64,000 nt of DNA from Victivallales bacterium. GTDB taxonomy: Bacteria > Verrucomicrobiota > Lentisphaeria > Victivallales > UBA1829. Position numbers and translations under genes: made by a program. The stretch lies in the NCBI GenBank assembly GCA_045612485.1, contig JAZKZE010000084.1, forward strand, positions 692 through 64,691, read 5' to 3'. Positions 49,575 through 58,030 of the stretch are shown piece after piece. Under the pieces are notes generated by a model, which was not told the origin of the DNA, searched no databases, and was given only the letters and a program-made list of their open reading frames with translations. Each line of letters starts with the position of its first letter. The first letter of the stretch is position 1.

Positions 49575-51329
49575 TCACCTCTGTTTTTCTGTCAAAAGAT
49601 CTGTAGATTGCAAAAAGTTTTCCACACGGGGCAGATTTCTGCCCACATGCTCAAAAATGATCATATCCGGTTTCGTTTCCGGACGGGAGAGAATGGATAT
49701 TTCCGCTTCGGAAATGTAATATTTATGCTGGGAATAAATACGCCGGAAAGTTGGAAACATATAATCCAGCAAAGTTGCACCGAAAGAATCTTTCAATAAA
49801 AGTACGGTATGTTTTCCTTTATGATTACGGAACTCCTCATCAACATGTCCCCGCTGACAGAGGTGCTTATACATTTTTGCCGGAACTTTGTATTTTTCAG
49901 GATCCTGTTTCACCGCTTCCGGAGCCATCGCATACAGATCCCCGCAAAAATGATTTTCTTCCTTCCAGGAATTTTCCGCTTCAAAGAGGGGAAGTGCGAG
50001 AAAATCCTTTTTTATTGTTTCTGCAAGCACTCGGTATCCATAGTAGGCTCCGAGATGATTCCAGTGAGTATTGTTTTTGTAATAGAGCAACCCTTCACTT
50101 TTTCTTCTGTTCAATTCTTCCAGAGGATAAATAACTTTAAGGTTTGAATTTTTTCTGATATAGTCTACCCACCGGGCTATTTTACTTTCAGAATCGGGTC
50201 TCACCTTGGTGGCAAATGTAAAATATTCGCCGTAAACGCGATTTTTATCCGGAGCAATGTAATAGTAGAACCTGATTCCGTTTTTTTCACACCAGGAGTT
50301 AAAATAAACCAGTTTATCCAGCCACTTTTTCATCGTTTTTTCCGACAGGACATAACGGTTGGCAAAATTATCTACAGACCCTTCCAGACGGTAAAAATAC
50401 CAGTCATCTTTTCCTTCAATAACATATCTGCCCACATATTTCCGCTTGATCATATTACTGGAACTGATCAGTTTTCTGTAAGGAAAGATAACGCGGTCCC
50501 TTCCGAAGAATCTGTCATTGAAGTACTTTTCAAAACCGGACCCGAACTGACTGTTGATCTGATTTTCCTTCAAATCGAAGAATACGGGAAACTTTGCCAG
50601 TGTCCGGTTTTCTGTTTTGGAAATTTTCCCTCTGTTGATCTTTGCGGCTGGGATCAGCAGGAGAAGCAGAAAAGCAAAAATGAAAATATAATCAGCATAG
50701 CGTAATTTTTCTGCTGTATGCAAAGCAGAGATCCAGCTGATAAACAGCATAAGAAAAAGAAAACTCAGGGCAAAAACAGTCCCTGCTGCATAAAAATCCA
50801 AATGCTTTAGCGGCAGGAGAGTCCGGGTATCCAGCAGGATAAAAGGATCTTTCGCCCCATTAACAAGTTCGAGGGATTCCGGAGTTTTTTTCTGTATGGA
50901 ACAATCGCTCATGCGGCAGAAATCAATTTCCTTCTGTGTCAGAATATTGACTCCGGAAAGTTTCAAACCGGTTATTCTTACGATACCGGGCGCATTGTGG
51001 TTGAAATCCATTCTGAGAATCTGGGGGAAATAGTAGGGAATATTGATCTTCACCTTGTTCGGGATCCCCACTTTAAGACCCGGATATATTACAGAATTTT
51101 CCTCTGTAAATTCAATTACCCCATTATCTTTCTTCCCCTGGTGGAACATCTGGATAACGCCGTTGAAATCCTGTTGGATGGTCATTTCCAGTGTGACAGT
51201 TTTTGTCAGAAAAAACTGCCGGGATATGAAAAAAGTAAATATACTGCTGAGAACAGTAACAATAACCAGTCTGTATATCAAAACTCTTGTTTTATTTTCC
51301 AGCTTCAGTATTTCCATAGATACCTTCAT
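49575..51329 (-). CDS. AlgX/AlgJ-like (DHHW/SGNH-like) O-acetylation partner protein with N-terminal extension
   Basis: LYYKNNTHWNHLGAYYGY resembles the D-x-HW motif of AlgJ/AlgX. Lies 3 nt upstream of the MBOAT gene. Start is ambiguous (51371, 51329 or 51317). Confidence 0.6.
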   Translation of the reverse strand: MKVSMEILKLENKTRVLIYRLVIVTVLSSIFTFFISRQFFLTKTVTLEMTIQQDFNGVIQMFHQGKKDNGVIEFTEENSVIYPGLKVGIPNKVKINIPYYFPQILRMDFNHNAPGIVRITGLKLSGVNILTQKEIDFCRMSDCSIQKKTPESLELVNGAKDPFILLDTRTLLPLKHLDFYAAGTVFALSFLFLMLFISWISALHTAEKLRYADYIFIFAFLLLLLIPAAKINRGKISKTENRTLAKFPVFFDLKENQINSQFGSGFEKYFNDRFFGRDRVIFPYRKLISSSNMIKRKYVGRYVIEGKDDWYFYRLEGSVDNFANRYVLSEKTMKKWLDKLVYFNSWCEKNGIRFYYYIAPDKNRVYGEYFTFATKVRPDSESKIARWVDYIRKNSNLKVIYPLEELNRRKSEGLLYYKNNTHWNHLGAYYGYRVLAETIKKDFLALPLFEAENSWKEENHFCGDLYAMAPEAVKQDPEKYKVPAKMYKHLCQRGHVDEEFRNHKGKHTVLLLKDSFGATLLDYMFPTFRRIYSQHKYYISEAEISILSRPETKPDMIIFEHVGRNLPRVENFLQSTDLLTEKQR

Positions 51330-51607
51330 GATATAATTTTTGTATAACACAACACGATGATAATATAGCACTTTTTATCAAAAATACAAATTTATATACG
51401 GCAGATTTTATACAATAAAAGAAAGTCTTCTTTACAGAGTGCAAATAAAGAATACATTCATTTTCTGAGCAGAAACCATATCCCCGTTGCAGGTCATTAA
51501 AAATTCCCGGCAGACTTCCCGGCGCAATATGAAGGCACAAAGCCCGGTTCTGAGTATAGAGAAAGAGATTTCTTCAGGAATTGCAACTCAAAAAAAAGGC
51601 AAAAAAA

Positions 51608-51684
51608 TGGTGCACCCGGCGGGATTTGAACCCACGACCTTCTACTCCGGAGGCAGACGCTCTATCCAACTGAGCTACGGGTGC
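51608..51684 (-). tRNA. tRNA-Arg(CCG): tRNA-Arg, anticodon CCG, with encoded CCA
   Basis: Hand-folded from the minus strand: GCACCCG-TA-GCTC-AGTTGGATA-GAGC-G-TCTGC-CTCCGGA-GTAGA-AGGTC-GTGGG-TTCAAAT-CCCGC-CGGGTGC-A-CCA. All four stems pair, with one G-U in the anticodon stem. Confidence 0.93.
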
Positions 51685-51787
51685 ACACTTACTTATCAAG
51701 CATAATAATTCTTTAATATACTCACTTTTCCTGAATTTTCAAATCAATTTCACAATTATCCTGTAAAAAAACACGTTTCCAGTGTTT

Positions 51788-52672
51788 TCAGAAGGGATTT
51801 TCACCCTTGTTTTTCGAAGGAAGCTGTACAAGAAATACAGCAGCAAAGATCATGGCACAGCCGATCAGATTCTGTATAGAGTATTTTTCGCCCAGCAGCC
51901 ACCAGCCCCAGATCACAGCAAAGACAGAAGCGGTACTTAAAATAATAGATGCTGTCGCCGGATGTACATATTTCTGTGCCGCCACCTGAACCGTACAGGC
52001 TGCCCCGATAGCGATCACACCGCAATAGAGCAGGGGTTTTGCAGTTGCAATGAGACTTTGCACCGTACTCTGTTCTCCGGATATAAGGGCGGCTGCTCCG
52101 GAAATAACGGCAACGGTGAAAAATTGTACTGCGGCAAGCCCGAGCGCATCCTCCTGCGGAGCAAATTTTGCCAGAAAAATAAACTGGAAGGCAAAACAGA
52201 CCGCGCACAGAAGCATAAGCATATCCCCCAGATTACCGAATTGTCTCATGGAACTGTCTGCACAGAGAAGAAATGCCCCTGCCGCAGAAACAAAGGAAGC
52301 GGTCCAGATCTTCCAATCGGATTTTTTCCTGATAAAAACCCCGATAAGCGGGATCATAATAACATAGAGTGCTGTAAGAAATCCGGCTTTTCCTGCGGAT
52401 GTATAGAGAAGTCCGAACTGCTGTAAAATCTCTCCGCCGGCAAGACAGATACCGCAAATAACACCGCCTGTTACAAGTTTTTTACCGGGTCTGACTTTCC
52501 GTACAAGGATCACCGGCAGAAGAACAAGACAACCGATCAGATAACGCCAGAAAACAAAATACAACGGCGTCATACTTTTCATTGCTTCCGCCTGGGCGGA
52601 ATAGGATAATCCCCATATCACGGCAGTGAGCATTAAAGAAACCGTTGCAATGATATTTATTTTTTTCATCAT
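51788..52672 (-). CDS. DMT superfamily (EamA-like) transporter
   Basis: 294 aa, 10 predicted TM segments, two EamA-like halves. Confidence 0.8.
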   Translation of the reverse strand: MMKKINIIATVSLMLTAVIWGLSYSAQAEAMKSMTPLYFVFWRYLIGCLVLLPVILVRKVRPGKKLVTGGVICGICLAGGEILQQFGLLYTSAGKAGFLTALYVIMIPLIGVFIRKKSDWKIWTASFVSAAGAFLLCADSSMRQFGNLGDMLMLLCAVCFAFQFIFLAKFAPQEDALGLAAVQFFTVAVISGAAALISGEQSTVQSLIATAKPLLYCGVIAIGAACTVQVAAQKYVHPATASIILSTASVFAVIWGWWLLGEKYSIQNLIGCAMIFAAVFLVQLPSKNKGENPF

Positions 52673-52903
52673 TTCTCTCCCTTATTTTATATTCATTCTA
52701 CAAAATCACAGAATGAATAAGATACAGCTTTTTACTGTTTTTTACAAGAAAATTTTCTCTTTCATTATAAAAAAATAATATTTTATTTTCAAACAGAAAA
52801 AGAAATCCCGTTTTTCCGGCAATATTCCTTTGAATACTGTACATTCACACTGTATATTAAGGCAGGAATTTTTAACAGAATAAAAAGGAAGGGATTTTGT
52901 AAA

Positions 52904-55318
52904 ATGTATATCGAATGTGATACAGTCAATAAACTTCTGACAATCCATGGAGCAACAGGTAAAGATTTTATCGTAAAAGACAGTACAGGAAAAACTGTAA
53001 CTGTGCCTCTTCTGAAGACAACGGAAGAAAATGATGGATTCAAACTTCTTGCAGATGCAGCTCTCCTGGAATACTGGACACTGGAAAATCCCGTACTCTA
53101 TACTGTGGAAATTGCAGAAACAAAACAGCGTTTCGGCTTTTCCAGACTGGATACATTCCGCAATGAATGTGTACTTCTCAACGGTGTCCCCACCTATCTG
53201 CGGGGCTATATCCGGGGGATCATTGCCCACGATCACCCCAATATGACAGGCGGTACTCTCAAAGAAGCCGCATATAAAAATATCCGTCAGGCGAAAAAAT
53301 ACGGTTTCAATCTTGTCCGTTTCCACAGTACAATACCCTCAGAAGAATTTGTGGAAGCTGCCGATGAATTGGGACTTCTCATTCACATGGAGATCGGTTT
53401 TGCCTATGATTACGATGAAAACGGCAAAAAAAAGAATCTTTCCATGAGTAATACAGCCTGGAAAGAAACCATTCTCAAGTACCGCAACAATCCTTCCGTA
53501 TGTATTTTCTGTATCGGCAATGAGATGCACAATGCAGGAAGATTCCCGGAAGTAAAGGCGATGTATGAAGAAGGAAAAGCTCTTGCCCCTGGCAAACTCA
53601 TCATGGATAACTCCGGCTGGGGGGAATTTGACAGGGATAGTGCCGACATCTTTTCCCAGCATATCGCTTACTTTTTCCCCGCAGGGAAACACAAAAATAT
53701 GTTTATAGAAGATAATTGCTGGCGTTTGAACGGAAATGTCAGCAATACCCCGCTGGAAGGGAAAAATGATACAGAAAATGCTGTAACAGTCTTCCGTCAG
53801 GAAGCTGTCCCCCTGAAACCCACGCTTTCCCATGAAGCGGTACACTATATTGAAATAGCCGACTATGAATCCCTTGCAAAGAAATTTGATGATTTTACTG
53901 CAAAAGTGGGCCCGGAATATCTGGAAAAGAACGGAATAGCCAAACCCCGTTTTATGACAGAATTGCCGGAATTGATCCGCAAGAAAGGTTTGACGGAAAA
54001 AATGCCGGAATATATAAAGGCAAGCAACAACTTCAAAATGATGGGAGTGAAATGTTTTCTGGAACAGCTGCGGCTTTCCCCTCTTTGCGGATTTGAAATG
54101 CTGCAATTTTCCGATTGTCTGAAATATGAAAACAAAAACGGTATCGTGGACTGTTTCGATGATGATAAATACATTCCCGCTGAATGGATGAGACAATTCA
54201 ATTCCGACCTTGTTCTGCTGGCGGATTTTGAACGCAGAACATATTACTGGAATGAAGAGATCGCATTTACAGTTTATGCTTCCGCCTTCATCAAAGAAAA
54301 ATCCCTGCGTGGAAGGTTGCTTGTAAAAACATCTGACGGCGAGATCCTCTGCGATCTTCCCGATGTGGCTCTTGCCGGTTCTTTGCAGAAACTCATTGAG
54401 ATAAAATATAAAAACAAAAAAGAAGTGACAAGTGCTGTCCTCAAGGAGATCGAAGTACACTTTATAACTTCCCGGGGCGAATTTTTCAATAACTGGAAAC
54501 TCTGGCTTTACCCTGTAAAGACCTTGAAAAACCGTTTTGAGACCTCCTTTGCCTCCCCGGTTCTGCGGAAACTTTTTGAAGAAACAAAAGATAAAGAAGC
54601 AGGAAAAGATCTATATATCACCGATAAACTGGACGGAACCCTTTTTGAGAAACTTGCCAATGGAGTAAATACTCTTCTCATCTACAAGAAAGACTCCCCT
54701 GCCAATACCATGGAACTGCCTTCCGCATTGGAACGATTCAAACCCTGTATCTGGGACAGAGGCAGCAATCTTGGCGGAATCCTCAGCAATGAAAAACTGC
54801 GTGCGGCAGTCGGACCGGAAAAATATTATGACTTCAATATGCAGGATCTTCTGGAGGCAGGTTCCAAGATTTGCTGTGATGAGTTCAAAAACAAATTCTT
54901 CCAGCTGGAATACAGTGCGGATAAACCTGTCCGCGACCGTATGTCCGGAATTATACACAAGATCAAAGATTTTATTGCGGAAGATACTTTGCGGGATTTC
55001 TCCCACCTTCTCAGCGTAAAATGTACCAGCGGGGATAAAAAAGCACTTCTCTGCATCTGTACATACAATATGGAAAATATTGCCTCTCCTGCGGTCATGA
55101 ATCTTTTTGATCTTCTTCTTTCCGATAACAATGTATTGGACACCGAATTAACCTGGGATCTGGAAGATTTGAAAGAAACCATACGGAAGATGAATGAAAA
55201 AGGGTTCCGCAAAGAAGATGTGATGAATCATTTCTGGGAATTGGATAACAAACCTGTGGAAGACATTCTTTTCTGGGAAGAAGCAGGCATAAATCTTGCA
55301 GAACTCGGTCAGAGATAA
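52904..55318 (+). CDS. GH2-related TIM-barrel glycoside hydrolase-like protein lacking the usual N-terminal sugar-binding domain
   Basis: VLLNGVPTYLRGYIRG...AKKYGFNLVRFHSTIPSEEFVEAADELGLLIHMEIGF...NNPSVCIFCIGNEMHN. Confidence 0.6.
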   Translation: MYIECDTVNKLLTIHGATGKDFIVKDSTGKTVTVPLLKTTEENDGFKLLADAALLEYWTLENPVLYTVEIAETKQRFGFSRLDTFRNECVLLNGVPTYLRGYIRGIIAHDHPNMTGGTLKEAAYKNIRQAKKYGFNLVRFHSTIPSEEFVEAADELGLLIHMEIGFAYDYDENGKKKNLSMSNTAWKETILKYRNNPSVCIFCIGNEMHNAGRFPEVKAMYEEGKALAPGKLIMDNSGWGEFDRDSADIFSQHIAYFFPAGKHKNMFIEDNCWRLNGNVSNTPLEGKNDTENAVTVFRQEAVPLKPTLSHEAVHYIEIADYESLAKKFDDFTAKVGPEYLEKNGIAKPRFMTELPELIRKKGLTEKMPEYIKASNNFKMMGVKCFLEQLRLSPLCGFEMLQFSDCLKYENKNGIVDCFDDDKYIPAEWMRQFNSDLVLLADFERRTYYWNEEIAFTVYASAFIKEKSLRGRLLVKTSDGEILCDLPDVALAGSLQKLIEIKYKNKKEVTSAVLKEIEVHFITSRGEFFNNWKLWLYPVKTLKNRFETSFASPVLRKLFEETKDKEAGKDLYITDKLDGTLFEKLANGVNTLLIYKKDSPANTMELPSALERFKPCIWDRGSNLGGILSNEKLRAAVGPEKYYDFNMQDLLEAGSKICCDEFKNKFFQLEYSADKPVRDRMSGIIHKIKDFIAEDTLRDFSHLLSVKCTSGDKKALLCICTYNMENIASPAVMNLFDLLLSDNNVLDTELTWDLEDLKETIRKMNEKGFRKEDVMNHFWELDNKPVEDILFWEEAGINLAELGQR

Positions 55319-55350
55319 AATCTGACGGTATCCCGTAACCAATATCTGAA

Positions 55351-55393
55351 AGTATTATGAAGAACTGCAAAGTTCTTCATAATACTTTATTTG
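55351..55393 (+). terminator. Strong hairpin terminator at the core/island junction
   Basis: Perfect 16-bp stem agtattatgaagaact/agttcttcataatact with a GCAA loop (55351-55386), followed by ttatttg. Confidence 0.75.
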
Positions 55394-55703
55394 TCCTCCT
55401 TCAGGACAAAAAAACTACCGGCTCTTCCGGTAAGCAGCCAAAAAGCTTCAGCTGCAAGCAGATAAAGAAAACCTCCCGGATTATATTAAATGCTGGTTCG
55501 CCAAGAGCATCCAATCAAACCAAGAGGTGTAAACATGTCAAAAGACACAATACTTTATCACACACAAGAAGGAATTGCAAATACCATTCTCAAATTATGT
55601 GATATTTAAAAGGAAAAAGTTCCCTGATAATCTTTGATAGATCTGATTTTGCCATAACATTTGAGTAAAAAATAAAAAAGTAAATTAAGAAGGAAAATAT
55701 GAT

Positions 55704-55732
55704 TTGACAAACATAAGATACTGTGCTATGTT
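55704..55732 (+). promoter_or_regulatory. Candidate sigma70-type promoter
   Basis: TTGACA (55704-55709), then 17 nt, then TATGTT (55727-55732), 30 nt upstream of the ATG at 55762. Confidence 0.4.
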
Positions 55733-55761
55733 TACCCGGAACAGGTTGAAAGGAAGGTACC

Positions 55762-56361
55762 ATGAAAACATTCTGTCCTCATTGCGGTGGAAAATATGAA
55801 CTTGATCATCAATACATCGGGCAAACAATAAAATGCCCGAATTGTGAAAAAAACTTTGAAGTTGTCAACAGCAATTTGTTTCCTTGTCCGGATTGTTTTT
55901 CTTTGATTTCAAAAAGAGCAGCGGTATGCCCTAAATGCGGTGCGCCTTTAACCCATGAGGAATTGAATCAAAAAGATATTTCAGAGGAACAGAAAATTGA
56001 AATATACCATCCCAGTACAATGAATTATTTATGGTCAATTATTTTGGGCATAATTACTGTACCCGTTTTTTTAATTGGAGTCCTGATACTTCTTTATGTG
56101 ATCATTGAAATAAAGTATACAAGTTATGAATTGACAACACACCGGATCATTGTTCGCAGAGGGTGGATTGCAAAATTACAAAATGAAATTTGGATAAAAG
56201 ATATGCGTGCGGTAAATCTTGTTCAAGGTATTTGGCAACGTATTATCGGCGTTGGCAACATTGCCATTGGAACTGCAGCTTCTGCCGGAACAGAAATAAA
56301 TATTGAGGGAATCAAAAATCCTTCTGAAGTTATTGCTAAAATAAATTCATTGCGTAAATAA
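55762..56361 (+). CDS. Double zinc-ribbon protein fused to a membrane-flanked bacterial PH (bPH_2/YdbT-like) domain
   Basis: CPHCGG...CPNCE and CPDCF...CPKCG. A TM segment follows, then YELTTHRIIVRRGWIAKLQNEIWIKDMRAVNLVQGIWQRIIGVGNIAIGT. Confidence 0.7.
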   Translation: MKTFCPHCGGKYELDHQYIGQTIKCPNCEKNFEVVNSNLFPCPDCFSLISKRAAVCPKCGAPLTHEELNQKDISEEQKIEIYHPSTMNYLWSIILGIITVPVFLIGVLILLYVIIEIKYTSYELTTHRIIVRRGWIAKLQNEIWIKDMRAVNLVQGIWQRIIGVGNIAIGTAASAGTEINIEGIKNPSEVIAKINSLRK

Positions 56362-56374
56362 TATTTATACCCAA

Positions 56375-56411
56375 ACTCCGGCAAGGAAATCCCTGCCGGA
56401 GTATTTTCATT
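56375..56411 (+). terminator. Intrinsic terminator
   Basis: Perfect 9-bp stem actccggca/tgccggagt (56375-56383 and 56394-56402), followed by attttcatt. Confidence 0.65.
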
Positions 56412-56625
56412 CCGGGAAATCAAATAATATAAGAATCCAAAGCATATACCGGAGATATTCCGGTATTCAAAAATCTATAATCATATATCAGTCAATGTAT
56501 TTCAGTTTTTCTTTTGCCTCCCTGTTCCCGGCTGTTGCCGGAAACACCATTGGAAAACTGATTGATGACAATGTTCTTCGCATCTGGAAATGCGGAACTT
56601 GCGGTCATGTTTGGAGGGCTGCATA

Positions 56626-56739
56626 ATGGAACGCTGTCCGGATTGCGGTTCAACGCAATGTATCCCATGGAACGATGGTTTCATCTGCTGCGACTGCGGA
56701 ACGGAGTTTGATGAACCGCAAACTGTTATCGATTGTTAA
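56626..56739 (+). CDS. 37-aa zinc-ribbon mini-protein MERCPDCGSTQCIPWNDGFICCDCGTEFDEPQTVIDC
   Basis: Hand-translated and absent from the ORF track. GGAGGG lies 7 nt upstream, the sequence has a CxxC...CxxC pattern, and a terminator follows 10 nt after the stop. Confidence 0.5.
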   Translation: MERCPDCGSTQCIPWNDGFICCDCGTEFDEPQTVIDC

Positions 56740-56749
56740 CTGTAAATTC

Positions 56750-56777
56750 AAGAGAGTTTTTCCGGACTCTCTTTTTT
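56750..56777 (+). terminator. Intrinsic terminator
   Basis: aagagagt/actctctt stem whose 3' arm runs into a six-T run (56772-56777). Confidence 0.7.
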
Positions 56778-56837
56778 CGATTTGATTTTTGTATAATTTG
56801 GTGTACTTTATAATGTTAACAAGGAGATAAGCCAAAA

Positions 56838-57431
56838 ATGTCCAAAAACAAATCTGCTATTATTCTGTCGGGATTGTCTAGTCGCGACCTCTGCAAGCAA
56901 AATTCTCCAGAGCTTGCAGGATACATTTACATTGTTGACCAAGTTAGTCTTCCGGAGTTGACGGAGTGTGAGTGGAGTGCCGCAGTCAATATTGATTTTT
57001 TTAAAATGTTACTTGCAGGCGAGCGACATCCGCATCAAAAAATTTTTGAATTTTTTATTTCGGTAATTAATACAGGTTTTGTGTCCCTTGAATTTCCGAA
57101 AGCAGAAAATGCCTTTGTTGATATTGATTTTATCAACAGGTCAGATAACTTATGGTATAAACTTACCATTACTTGCGTGAAAACTCAAGATGCTGGCTGT
57201 TCTACTTTCTCTCAAGGATTAACTTGGCACATAAGCGAATATTTTGGAGAACTGGATGCCGATCCAGAAACTTTTTTTCTCGACTCAACTATTGACGATG
57301 CTGTACTTATGGGAAAAGAAGTTTTGCAATGGAACCGTGCCGCAATTCATTTAACAGAAGTAAAACACCCCTTTGCAAAAAAAATGATTGCTGTTTTTGG
57401 ACAAAGCGAAAGGATTGTTGTATGTCCCTGA
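56838..57431 (+). CDS. Hypothetical protein (197 aa), first gene of the sigma/kinase trio
   Basis: AAGGAGA RBS. The stop overlaps the sigma-factor start by 10 nt. No family recognised. Confidence 0.65.
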   Translation: MSKNKSAIILSGLSSRDLCKQNSPELAGYIYIVDQVSLPELTECEWSAAVNIDFFKMLLAGERHPHQKIFEFFISVINTGFVSLEFPKAENAFVDIDFINRSDNLWYKLTITCVKTQDAGCSTFSQGLTWHISEYFGELDADPETFFLDSTIDDAVLMGKEVLQWNRAAIHLTEVKHPFAKKMIAVFGQSERIVVCP

Positions 57432-58030
57432 AATACCCCACAACTTCTAAAACGCTGCTCGATAAAATCGCTTCCGGTGATGAGATCAGTTGGGATGAAT
57501 TTTATCTGAAGTATGCCCCCATAGTAAAAGCTCTTGCAAAATTCAAAGGCTTGGATGCCAATGCCGCGGATGATGTCTGTCAACAGGTTATGCTGCAGTT
57601 TTTCAAGCAGAGCAAAACTTTTAAGTTTGACCCCAATATTGCCAAGTTCAGAACCTACTTCGGCAGGATCGTTAATGCAAAAATCACGAATTATTACCGT
57701 AAAAGAGGAGAAGTCTCTTCCGATGAACCCGAAGAAATTCCTGTGGATTCTGAAGAAGGAAACCTCTTTATGAATGAATGGCGGAAAGCTGTGCTTAAAG
57801 AGGCTGAACAGGAGTTGAAACAGCGGGTTGCACCTGAAACTTTTCAGGCTTATGAATTATACGCAGTTCAGAATCGTCCTGTAAAGAAAGTTGCTGAATA
57901 TCTGGACTGTTCCGAAAATCAGGTCTATCAGGCAAAGAAACGCTGTTTTGCTATGATGCGTGAGATATTGCTTGCGATGAATGAACAGGATCCTGAATTG
58001 CAGTTGGAGTTGTCGAAATATGACTTGTAA
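57422..58030 (+). CDS. ECF-type sigma-70 family RNA polymerase sigma factor
   Basis: Region-2-like DEFYLKYAPIVKALAKFKGLDANAADDVCQQVMLQFF...FRTYFGRIVNAKITNYYRKR. Region-4 HTH VAEYLDCSENQVYQAKKRCFAMMREIL. ATG at 57422. Confidence 0.8.
   Translation: MSLKYPTTSKTLLDKIASGDEISWDEFYLKYAPIVKALAKFKGLDANAADDVCQQVMLQFFKQSKTFKFDPNIAKFRTYFGRIVNAKITNYYRKRGEVSSDEPEEIPVDSEEGNLFMNEWRKAVLKEAEQELKQRVAPETFQAYELYAVQNRPVKKVAEYLDCSENQVYQAKKRCFAMMREILLAMNEQDPELQLELSKYDL

Noticed and set aside
53339-54460. 373-aa minus-strand ORF
   Set aside because: It is antisense to the GH2-like gene, which has clear catalytic-barrel motifs.
51608-55320. tRNA-Arg as the integration site of the accessory segment
   Set aside because: About 3.6 kb of ordinary-looking genes (DMT transporter, GH2-like) separate the tRNA from the compositional break. 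I saw no integrase and no copy of the tRNA 3' end by eye.
55357-55602. 81-aa basic ORF at the core/island junction
   Set aside because: It is laid over three consecutive hairpins, including the 16-bp terminator stem. It has no RBS and a low-complexity Lys/Ser/Thr-rich translation.
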